A stretch of 64,000 nucleotides of DNA from Octopus sinensis (Eukaryota). Both the position numbers and the translations under genes were made by a program. The stretch covers positions 9,486,001 to 9,550,000 of the forward strand of contig NC_043017.1 in assembly GCF_006345805.1 (NCBI RefSeq), read 5' to 3'. This document shows positions 11,882 through 22,854 of the stretch, piece after piece. Within the stretch, counting starts at the first letter, position 1. Every line of letters begins with the position of its first letter. The notes beneath the pieces were generated by a model, which saw only the letters and a list, made by a program, of their open reading frames with translations, was not told the DNA's origin and did no database searches.

Positions 11882-14520
11882 TGTTTCTTTATTAGCCACA
11901 CAGGGCTGCACACAGACAGGACAAAATTACAAGGTAGAGCTTTTCTTTTGGGGGTAAAAGAAGGGGGTTTGGTTTTCGATCAAAAGGGATCGTAAATGGA
12001 AAGAAAGAGGACAAAAAAAGGAGGGGATAAAATAAAATTTAAAAAAAAAGAAAAAAAAAGGGAGGTGAGGAAAAAAAAGGAAAGGAAAAAAAATTGATCA
12101 ATAGGGATCGTTATCACAAAAATGTCAATATGAAGTGTAAAGGGGAGGACAGGTGAGGTTTACCCGTGGAAAGAAAAGCCTACGGAAAAGACCACGGTAA
12201 CCTCAGTCAATGAAGTCACATGTTATATTTCTTCTTTTTTTTTTTGCAAAGAAGCAACTCTCTGTATTAATTTTTACGGTTCATAGAATCATAGTCAAGG
12301 TGGCTTCGTCATTCATACGTGCCATCCTTGCTACATTCACCCATCTTTTTTTTAAAACATTCACTAGACAAAACTTGCCTCTCTACTCTCACTTTCCTCT
12401 TCAAGTGATACTTGAAGAAGTTGATGAGAGATTGACCAGAGGAGAAAGTGTTTGTCTCTAATCCTTTCAGGCGCGTCCACCAGATACATTCTTTTGCCAT
12501 AGCCACAAGTATGATAAAAATAGCTCTTCCTTCCCGTTTGAAGGAAGGAGGCGTGACGATATTAACGATACACTCGGCTGATAAACCGACACGTCCCACA
12601 CGTGACAGCAGTCGTTCGACATAAGCCCACAGGTCGGAGATTGTTGGACACTGCACGATTGCGTGCAGAGCGGTTTCGTCGCTCTGCCCGCATCTCGGGC
12701 AGGTCGGCCCCGTGTTTCTCGAGCCATGCCTATAGAGCTTATCCCGAACGGGTAGCGCTTCTCGGTAGCACCGCCAGGCCAGGGATCTCTGGAAGTTGTC
12801 CATAGGTCCCGGCCCGAAAGTCGTTTCAAACAGGCGGGTCAGGTATTCCTCGTCGACGCCCAGGTTTGCCCCAAGATCGTCGTCGTACCTCCCCTCCACT
12901 AATCTCCTATAGAATGCTTTGGTTGTGTTGAAGTCACTCAAGGTCGACCCGGGACGGCAGAGTTGCTTGAGAGCAACGCGACACTCGCGGTGCCATTCGC
13001 CCTTCCTCGGCCTCTTTTTGGTCCACGACTGCAGTTCGGTCATGGAGACGAGCTGCGGGAACGCGTGCCTCACAAACGGCGACCACACCTGTTCACCGTC
13101 GTCTACATAGAGACGGAGATGTCGCAGTCTCAGCGCGTGCCTGCGCATCATCAACCATGGCATACCCATCCCTCCTTTTAACGGGTGTTGACAGCAAATG
13201 GATCGCCTGACCATCGGGACGCATCCTTTCCACAAGAAGGGGAAGAGAATGCGTTCTAGTTTGGTGATGGTAGGGTCGGGACAAGGTACGACGGTCAGGC
13301 GGTAGTAGATGATGGACGCGATGTACGTGTTCGCCACCTCCGCCCGACCTTTTAGGGACAGTTACCTCTCGGCCCATTGCTGGGCGAGAGTGACCACCCT
13401 ACTCGTTATCTCGTTCCAGTTCTTCTCCATTTGGAGGTCCGGACCGAACCAGACCCCGAGCAACTCAACCGGGCCGTCTGTCCAGCGTCCACGACGGAGG
13501 TTACTGGTGGACGGCATGGGCTTGCTTCTCCAGGTGCCGAGCCGCAAGCCCACTGACTTTTCCGGTTGATTTTTGCTCCTGTCACCGCTTCGTAGTCTTT
13601 CAGTGTCTCGCCGACCAGCTCGATGTGCTCGTGGCTTGACACTATGACGGTCACGTCGTCCGCGTATGCAGACACGCTCGTCCCGCATCTCAATTCTCGC
13701 GGGATGCCACTCAAGCTTCCGCAGTAGTGGCTCAAGAGTCAATACGTATAGAAGCGCCGAGAGGGGCATCCCTGACGGACCGAACGTGCAATGTCGAAAG
13801 GTCTCGATAGATGTCCATTTACACGAATTACCGAACGGATGCCTCTGTACAAGGCAGCTATCCAGCCGCGGAAGACAGGACCGAAACCAGCCGCTCTCAG
13901 GACTGCCTCCAAGTATCGATGGTCTACCCTATCGAAGGCTTTCGATTGATCCAAATTGATCAGGGCCCCACCCATGCCAGGTTCCTTAACTACTTTGTCT
14001 ATGATGTAGCGCATTAGATGGAGGTTGTCATGGATGCTCCGGCCCGGCACGGTGCACGTTTATGCGTTGTCGACCAGTTTCTCGATGACAAGCGCCAACC
14101 TTTTGGCTAACACCTTTGTCAAAATTTTCAGGTCTGCATTGAGCAGAGTGATTGGTCTAAAGTTATCTATAATGTTTCCCTTGTTTGGATCTTTCTTCAG
14201 CAGCGTTATGGCTCCTCGACTCACAAAACCGGGTATGCTCCCGTTTTGCTGCCAGTTGCAGTATACCGCTGCCAAGACGTCTCCAAACAAGTCTGGCATA
14301 CAATTGTAAAACTCGTAGGGCAGACCATCCAAACCCGGCGATTTGTCTCTCGAGCATTCTGCCATCGCGTCCCGCACATCCGCCGCCGTGATGGCACCTT
14401 CGCAGCACTCTGCCTCTCTTGCCGAGAGTCGTGGTAGGCTGTGCAGGTAGGCACTGAAGTCCACTCTGCGTTCACGCTCACCACTCGTCCCGTACAGTCG
14501 GGCAAAGTGCCGTTCAACCA
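11881..14520 (-). mobile_element. Tx1/L1-clade non-LTR retrotransposon copy 1, collinear 3' part (RT + CCHC zinc knuckle, frameshifted)
   Basis: ORF pieces contain KSPGLDGLPYEFY, FRPITLLNADLKIL, NLDQSKAFDRVDH, VRQGCP, AYADD and [24 protein letters not shown] lies just before the (TATC)n flank. Confidence 0.93.
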
Positions 14521-15160
14521 CCCAAATGCACCAACGTGGACATGGAGCAACCGCAGTGGGTCGTCGAGATCGTATCTAGATAGGATACTGTGTAGAACAG
14601 TAGACAGAGATAACTTAGGATGTCCACAGTTCCATACAGTCAGCTACACGGATTACAAATTCGTGACGTGTACGCTAGACTTAGATAAGGCACATAGACA
14701 GGGTCCTGGTTACTGGAAACTGAACGCATCATTCCCGTCCAGACAAGTTTTCAGAGACAGAATCAACACGTTAGTAAAAAGGGCTTTAACGGGAGCCATT
14801 GTCAACAACAAATGGTGGTTCGCACTCAAGAGAGCAGTAAAAGCGGAAGCAATTAGATACAGCAAGGCACTAGCCGTAGATAGAAATAGAGTAGAGGGTG
14901 AGTTAGTTAAGAAGTTAGAAGAGGCAATAAGAAGCGGCATCACATCCGACGTTTTAGCGGCGAGGTTGGCCCTTGACCAACACTTCAACGCCAAACACGA
15001 AGGGTGTGCTGTCAGGGCTAGGATGCGTGCTCTAAGGATGGAAGGTGTTGGAGCCGCGAGGGAGGCCCGGGTGGCGGAGGCGCAGCAGGGCAACAAAGCC
15101 ACCATTCGGTCTCTGGTAGATGAACAAGGGCGCGAATTGCTCGAGCCCAGCAAGATGTGC

Positions 15161-15163
<3 letters not shown>
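14521..15163 (+). mobile_element. Inverted 5' segment of Tx1 copy 1 (end of AP endonuclease + linker)
   Basis: Plus-strand peptide TWTW..SRSYLDRIL..TDYK..GPGYWKLN..IRSLVDEQGRELLEPSKMCD. In an intact ORF2 this would run into ERHFARL, which starts the minus-strand part at ~14520. Confidence 0.88.
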
Positions 15164-15241
<78 letters not shown>

Positions 15242-15260
15242 ATAAATAGATAGATAGATA
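15161..15260. repeat. (GATA)n tract separating the two Tx1 copies
   Basis: Direct reading. Confidence 0.95.
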
Positions 15261-16822
15261 ACTTCCTTTATTGGCCACACAGGGTTGAAATACAGAGGGT
15301 TGAAATACAGAGGGGACAAATACAAATTTAGAGCTTTTCTTTTCGAAGATGGAAAAAGATAAAGGAAACAATTGTAAAATTCCGATTAAAAGTGATCGGA
15401 AAAAAAAAGCGATCAAAAGGGATCGTGTATCACAGAAACAAATTTTTTTAACAGTAAGAAACAAGATTAGGTTCATCCTTGGGAAGAAAAGCCTACAGAA
15501 AAGACCACGGGAACCTCAGTCAGGGAGGAAATAAACACATGAGAGCAAAGTGCTCTCTCTCTCTCTCTCTCTTTTACGATTTACAGGGTCATGCTCAAAG
15601 TAGTTTCGTCACTCGCACGCACCATCTTTGCTACATTCACCCACCTTTTTTTGAAACTTTCGCGAGACAGAACCTGCCTCTCCATTCTCACCTTCCTTTT
15701 CAAGTGGTACTTGAAAAAGTTGATGAGCAATTGGCTAGAGAGGTAAGTGTTTGTCTCTAATCCTTTCGCTCGGGTCCACCACACACATTCTTTCACCATG
15801 GCCACCAGTACGATGAAAACTGCCTTGCCTTCCCGGTTATGGGTAGGAGGCGGAGCAATTTCCACGACAGACTCGGCCGACAGGCGGACTCGTCCCACAC
15901 GTGACAGCAGCCGTTCGGCATAAGCCCACAGGTCTGAAATGGTTGGACACTGCACGAGTGCGTGCAGAACGGTTTCGTCGCTCTGACCGCATCTCGGGCA
16001 AGTCGGTCCAGTATGTCTCGAACCGTGCCTGTATAGCTTATCCCGAACAGGTAATGCTTCTCGATAGCACTGCCAGGCCAGGGATCTTTGGTGATTGTCC
16101 ATAGGTCCCGGCTCGAAAGTTGTCCTGAACAGGCGGGTCAGGTGTTCCTCGTCGACGCCCAGATTCTGCCCGAGAACGTCGTCGCACCTCCCCTCCACTA
16201 ATCCTCTATAGAACGCTTTTGTTGTAATGAAGTCGCACACGTTTGGTCCCGGACGGCAGAGTTGCTTGAGAGCAACGCGACACTTGCGGTGCCATTCGCC
16301 TAGCCTCGGTCTCTGTTTGATCCACAACTGTAGTTCGGCCAAGGAGACGAGCTGCGGGAAAGCGCGTCGCACAAAAGGCGACCACACATGTTCACCGTCG
16401 TCTATGAAGCGCCGGAGATGTCGCAGTCTCAGCGCATGTCTGCGCATCATCAACCACGGCATGTCTAACCCTCCATTTAGCGGGTGTTGACAGCAAATGG
16501 ATCGCCTAACCATCGGAACGTTTCCCTTCCGCAGAAAACGGAAGAGTATGCGTTCCAGTTTGGTGATGATAGGGTCGGGACAAGGCACGACGGTCAGACG
16601 GTACTCGATGACGGATGCGATGTACGCGTTCGCCACCTCCGCCCGACCTTTTAGGGATAGCTTCCTCTCAGCCCATTGGTGGGTGAGAGTGGCCACCCTA
16701 GTCGTTATTTCGCCCCAGTTCTTCTCCATTTGGAGGTCCGGACCGAACCAGACTCCGAACAATTTAACCGGTCCGTCGGTCCAGTATCCCACGATGGAGA
16801 CGCTGTTGGACGGCATGGGCTT
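15261..16822 (-). mobile_element. Tx1/L1-clade LINE copy 2, 5'-truncated, a distinct subfamily from copy 1
   Basis: [40 protein letters not shown]-type C-terminus, collinear with copy 1 but with many substitutions and a different 3' UTR. The truncated 5' end abuts (GATA)n/(GACA)n at 16823-16960. Confidence 0.93.
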
Positions 16823-16904
<82 letters not shown>

Positions 16905-16925
16905 TAGATAGATAGATAGATAGAC

Positions 16926-16960
<35 letters not shown>

Positions 16961-17090
16961 AAGAAAGAAAGAAAGGAAAATAATTTTTTGCACATAGTAG
17001 ATGTATAGAGAAAAGAAAAAAGTTGAAAATGTATTCTAAGAAAACTTAAAGAAAATTTATAAACAATTACTTAACCCGACAAACCAACTC

Positions 17091-17148
<58 letters not shown>

Positions 17149-17299
17149 TCTCTCTCAGAGATATGTTTTGTGGCTCAAAGTTGTTGGAGAGGAATTGTGA
17201 GTCTGGTTCTCAAAGAATTGTTTGTCCAATGTAATCTTCAGTACAACTTTTACACGTTAAAAGCATAAATTAAATTTTTTGATTAACAGGCGAAGTTAT

Positions 17300-17560
17300 T
17301 TTTTGTGGTGTAGATATGTCCTCATTGAAATGGGAAATCACTCAAATGAAAATGGAGAAGCAATACAAATATTACCGATACCTCATGGTTTTATTCTTTA
17401 AAAAAAAAAGGCAAGAAAGCGATGGAAACCTGCAAAAAGATGTGCACTGCGTATGAAGAGAATGTTGTTACGGAAACTTATATACCCGATGTGGTTTTTC
17501 AGGATTTCGATCGGGATATTTTTCGGTTCAAGATGCATCTTGCCGTGTCCAGCCAACTGA
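17300..17560 (+). mobile_element. Mariner transposase N-terminal (HTH) relic
   Basis: ..YLMVLF/KKGKKAMETCKKMCTAYEENVVTE resembles mariner HTH regions. It is heavily degraded. Confidence 0.45.
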
Positions 17561-17686
17561 GATTAACAGCTACACCATCCCTCGTAGGTTCGAAACGTAA
17601 AAGTCTTTCTCAATTCCCGAATGTTAAACTAATACATCTGTTTGTTGTTAACACACCTGTCTTCGTCTTTTATTTGTTGTAAATTC

Positions 17687-17732
<46 letters not shown>

Positions 17733-18057
17733 TGTCTTCTGCTATAGCCCCGGGCCGACCAATGCCTTGTGAGTGGATTTGGTAGACGGAAACTGAAAGA
17801 AGCCTGTCGTATATATGTATATATATATATGTATGCATGTGTGTGTGTTTGTGTGTCTGTCCCCCTAGCATTGCTTGACACCGATGCTGGTGTGTTTATG
17901 TCCCCGTTACTTAGCGGTTCAGCAAAGAGACCGATAGAATAAGTACTGGGCTTACAAAAGAATAAGTCCCGGGGTCGAGTTGCTCGATTAAAGGCGGTGC
18001 TCCAGCATGGCCGCAGTCAAATGACTGAAACAAGTAAAAGAGTAAAAGAGTAAAAGA

Positions 18058-18104
<47 letters not shown>

Positions 18105-18626
18105 TATATATATATATATATGATCTTTTCCTTGTCTAAGTGATAGTGCTGCATTCATGCTTGGGTACCACATTCAAGGGTTTTAGTCGAAAGAATTGCT
18201 ACATTATTTTGTGTAAAAAGTCCAGCACTTATTCTAGCGGTCACATGTACAGAACCGCTAAGTTACAGGGACGTAAACAAAACAACACCTGTTATGAAGT
18301 TGTGGTGGAAGACAGACAGACACACACACACACACACACACACACACCACACACACACACATACACACATCTTAGTATACGGTTGTCATTGCTAGTATCG
18401 GAGCCGAAAGATGCAGAAATACGTATTTAGAAATGACATGACCGCTGTTGGAGACTTTTGTCTGCCACTGATATATTTCTGTTTTTAACACCATAAATCT
18501 ATGAGATTCTATTGGGAGAGACGAATACCGCAGTTAATCAGGCTTTCAACGATGTATCTGCTTTAAGTATGATACACAGATTGGTACTTTGAACTAACAC
18601 TGCTATAATTTATAACGTACGCACAC

Positions 18627-18711
<85 letters not shown>

Positions 18712-18939
18712 TTTCGTAATGAGATAAAAAAAAAAAACCCAAGACTATCTACACAGCCTTGGTTTTTTATTTTATTATGAAAAAAATTTTTATATACACA
18801 CGCTGACATATGACCAACGTTGAGCCCCTTATTCGCATAATCACCGAACCTGAAACTTAACTATGTTCTATCTATAGCACTTATTCAGCATTACCTGGCA
18901 CCCTTGGTCTCAATAATGACACCATTACCTCTCATAACC

Positions 18940-18980
<41 letters not shown>

Positions 18981-19269
18981 TATATATATATAGGGGGAAG
19001 CTTTATGAAAATAGACAAAAGACGAAGGCAGGTTTACGGAAATAAACAAAAGACGAAGGCAGGTGGAATACAAACAAACAATTGTATTAGTATGGCGCTC
19101 AGGAAATATAAATAAAACAAGTCTTTAACGTTTCGAGCCTACGCTCTTCAACATATGTTGGCCTGCTCGCTTAGCCAGCGGGGTGGCGTCATTCGAAGGC
19201 TAAAACAATGCGAACGCATTGTGACCAGCGATGTGTAACAACATCTGATGGTCTGGTCGGTCACGTGAT

Positions 19270-19334
<65 letters not shown>

Positions 19335-20214
19335 AAGGAGCTTCTACAGGACTAGAACTGTTTCATTCAACTGTTTCAGGAAGCTTCCAGATGATTTCTT
19401 TTGAATGAAACAGTTCTAGTCCTGTAGAAGCTCCTTCTATAAAATAAATTAATTTACTCTGCTATGTATTGAGTACCTTATTTACTGTGGTTAACCCCGA
19501 CTCAACCCGGGACCTACATATATATATATATATATAATTTAAAGTAAACAGAAAATCGAGAAATATTGATCAGCAACAATTGACTAACATCGATTAGTAC
19601 TTTTTAATACAAATAGACTGTATCCCATCTAACGGCTGTTTCTGCCTCCAATGTTCCACTGTATTGCCATTGAAAATTCTGGAAATAATATTCATCATAT
19701 TTGGTAACACATCCCATGTAGAGAACATGGAGCTTCATCAGAGTGAAGAAAAATACATAAAAGAAAAGAAAAGGAAAGAAAAGAAGAGCCTTGAGAAGAA
19801 GCTGAGAGGCTTGATATATTTAAATCATGCCATTTTGCATATGTTACTCTTCAGGATGTTGAGTAAATGACTAACTTTAAAAAATATTAATTGGTGGGTT
19901 AATTTTCTGCTTACTTTACATTTGATTCCTGATAAACTCATGCTTGTCATTGTCATTGCTTGTAAACCTATTAGCATAATATGCTTGCATGTTTTGCATA
20001 TTTACGACCAGGGTTAACATAGGTAATTTTACCGGTAGTAAAATGGATACTATTATCCCTTAGATGGTTATTCCAGCCTCTGACACTACTAACCTTTGAT
20101 ATACATACACATATAACACACACACATACATACATACATACATACATACATACATACATACATACATACATACATACATACATACATACACACATACATA
20201 CAAATATATATGCA

Positions 20215-20640
20215 TAGCAGTTGTCTTATGAAGAAAGGCTGAAGACGCTCGACCTTTATTCTCTCGAAAAACGACGACGCCGTGGTGATCTCATTCTCGC
20301 TCACAGCATCATAAGCGGAAAGTGTAACTGCTCGAAAGAGCTGTTCTTCATTCCTGCCCAAGAGCGTGGGCTGCAGAGTCACTCCGAAAAGCTCTATCTA
20401 CGACGATTTCATCTCAATCGAAGGAGAGGGGCTTTCTCTGCCCGGGTTACGGATCTGTGGAATAAGCTGCCGGACGGGACGAGATAGTGAAGATGCCGAC
20501 GACCGCTCGGTTCAAAGTCTCTCTTGACCAGAAATGGCCTGAACTCTTTGTATGACTACCCTCCCTGTACATAACTCCCTGTCCCCCTACATGGCCTTGC
20601 TTTTGCTTTTTGAGCCACTAAAAATTGAATTGAATTGAAT
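20215..20640 (+). mobile_element. CR1/L2-group LINE 3' end
   Basis: YEERLKTLDLYSLEKRRRRGDLI..FSARVTDLWNKLP is a typical CR1-type ORF2 C-terminus. It ends in an (AATTG)n tail. Confidence 0.85.
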
Positions 20641-20971
20641 AATGAGCGCAGGTGTAGCTTTTTGGTAAGAAGCTTGCTTCCCAATCACATGTTTCCAGGT
20701 TCAGTCCCACTGCGCAAGTTTCTTTTATTATAGCATCAGGCTGACCAAAGACTTGCGCGCGCGCGCGTGTATGTGTTTATCCCTTTTTGCTTGATAACCG
20801 GTGTTGGCGTATTTACATCCTCGTAACTTAGTTGTTCAGCGAAAGACACCGATAGAATAAGTAGCAGTGGGGTCGATTTGTTCGACTAAAATTCTTCAGA
20901 ACGGTGCCCCAGCATGGCCACAGTCTAAATAGCCGAAACAAGTAAAAGATAAACGGTGCTAGATATCAGAG

Positions 20972-21750
20972 GGCGGCGAGCTGGCAGAACCGTTAGCACG
21001 CCGGGCGAAATGCTTAGCGGTATTTCGTTACGTTCTGAGTTCAAATTCCGTCGAGGTCGACTTTGCCTTTCATCCTTTCGGGGTCAATAAATGAAGGACC
21101 AGTTACGCACTGGGATCGATATAATCGACTTAATCCGTTTGTCTGTCCTTGTTTGTCCTCTCTGTGTTTAGCCCTTTGTGGGTAGTAAAGAAATAGGTAT
21201 TTCGTCTGCCGTTACGTTCTGAGTTCAAATTCCACCGAGGTCGACTTTGCCTTTCATTCTTTCGGGGTCGATAAATGAAGGACCAGTTACGCACTGGGGT
21301 CGATATAATCGACTTAATCCATTTGTCTGTCCTTGTTTGTCCTCTCTGTGTTTAGCCCTTTGTGGGTAGTAAAGAAATAGGTATTTCGTCTGCCGTTACG
21401 TTCTGAGTTCAAATACCACCGAGGTCGACTTTGCCTTTCATCCATTCAGGGTCGATAAATTAAGGACCAGTTACGCACTGGGGTCGATATAATCGACTTA
21501 ATCCATTTGTCTGTCCTTGTTTGTCCTCTCTGTGTTTAGCCCATTGTGGGTAGTAAGGAAATATGTATTTCGTCTGCCGTTACGTTCTGAGTTCAAATTC
21601 CACCGAGGTCGACTTTGCCTTTCATCCTTTCGGGGTCGATAAATGAAGGACCAGTTACGCACTAGGGTCGATGTAATCAACTTAATCCGTTTGTCTGTTC
21701 TTGTTTGTCCTCTCTGTGTTTTTAGCCCTTTTCGGGTAGTAAAGAAATAG
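20972..21750 (+). repeat. Tandem array of SINE family A: one head plus four ~184-bp bodies
   Basis: Units restart at GGTATTTCG near 21018, 21196, 21380 and 21564. The A-box head is present only once. Confidence 0.9.
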
Positions 21751-21913
21751 GTAATATATATCAGATGTCAATGAATGCATGCGAACCTCGACTGAACATT
21801 TAAGTTCGTCTGAGATATTTAATGACTGGGACAGCAAAACATCTCAACAATTAGTTGGTGCTATGACTATGCAAATTAAACGAACAGAAAGAATGGATTA
21901 GGTACAGACTCAG

Positions 21914-22217
21914 CAGGGACGGACCCAGGGTGATGAGGGGCACGTGCCCCACTCAAGAAAAGAAGTGCACCCTTCTAAATAATGTTATTACGCCCTTTTC
22001 TCCTGGAGTTGTATTCCCTTCAGACCTTGTGCCTGCCCTTTGAGAAATTTCTGGGACCGCGCCTGCTCAGGCCCGTAGCCAGATTTTGGTTCCTGGGAGT
22101 GCTTCAGAATATCCTGGGTATTTACTAATTTGTCATAATGCTAAAGTAAATCTGAGGGTGTACCATTGAATAGTGATGGGGCAGTGCTGTCCAGTTCACT
22201 CCCTTAGCGACGGGCAT
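21914..22217. mobile_element. Two adjacent short MITE-like elements with PIF/Harbinger-like GC-rich termini
   Basis: CAGGGACGGACCCAG...CTGGGACCGCGCCTG (21914-22065) and CAGGCCCGTAGCCAG...CTTAGCGACGGGCATG (22068-22217). Both are imperfect inverted termini. Confidence 0.4.
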
Positions 22218-22238
22218 GGATATACGACGCGTAGAAAA

Positions 22239-22607
22239 TCTCTCTATATATAAACGGCAAAATGTCTGTCTGTGTGTGTGTCCTTTATACAAATCCACAA
22301 TTTTTCAGTTAGAGGGCTCGCACTTTCTATGGTCATTCAAAACCGTCCAGGGGTGGTCGTGCACATCTTTACATTTCCCCAGTCATCCCGCAAAGCCATT
22401 AAAAAATCAATAGAAGTGACTTTTTTGTGAATTTTCTATCCAAAACCTAATCAAAATGCCCGAAACTTGATACACCAATTGAATGCCAGCTAGCTGTATG
22501 TGATTGGTCGGAGATTTGGACAGTACTCGCATGTATGTGCGCACGCACGCAGCTGTATATGCATGCACTAGCACTATGACCCGGCGTTGCCGGGTCATAG
22601 TGCTTAG
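22239..22607 (+). mobile_element. Non-autonomous Helitron-like element
   Basis: 5' A|TCTCTCTATATATAAA. At the 3' end a perfect 16-bp hairpin (22570-22585 / 22589-22604) is followed by CTTAG|T. Confidence 0.65.
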
Positions 22608-22811
22608 TATAGAATGTTTTTCCCACAAATTACCGGGAATTGGCTTTCACATCAAACCACTAAATGGCTAACTGAATAGAGAAGGCAGAGTCAGTTGACT
22701 CTGACGAGACCAATATCAGGACTCTACCGAGCAGGTCCATGAATCTTACGTTAACCGGTTCGTGCAAACCCGTGCGAACCGGGACCGATTCACCACTGTA
22801 TATGTTGCTGC

Positions 22812-22842
<31 letters not shown>

Positions 22843-22854
22843 CTATAACCTACC

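Noticed and set aside
15581-16993. 470-aa ORF as an intact novel protein
   Set aside because: The N-terminal ~58 aa (YLSI/CLSV repeats) are translated (TATC)n microsatellite fused by chance to a truncated Tx1 ORF2.
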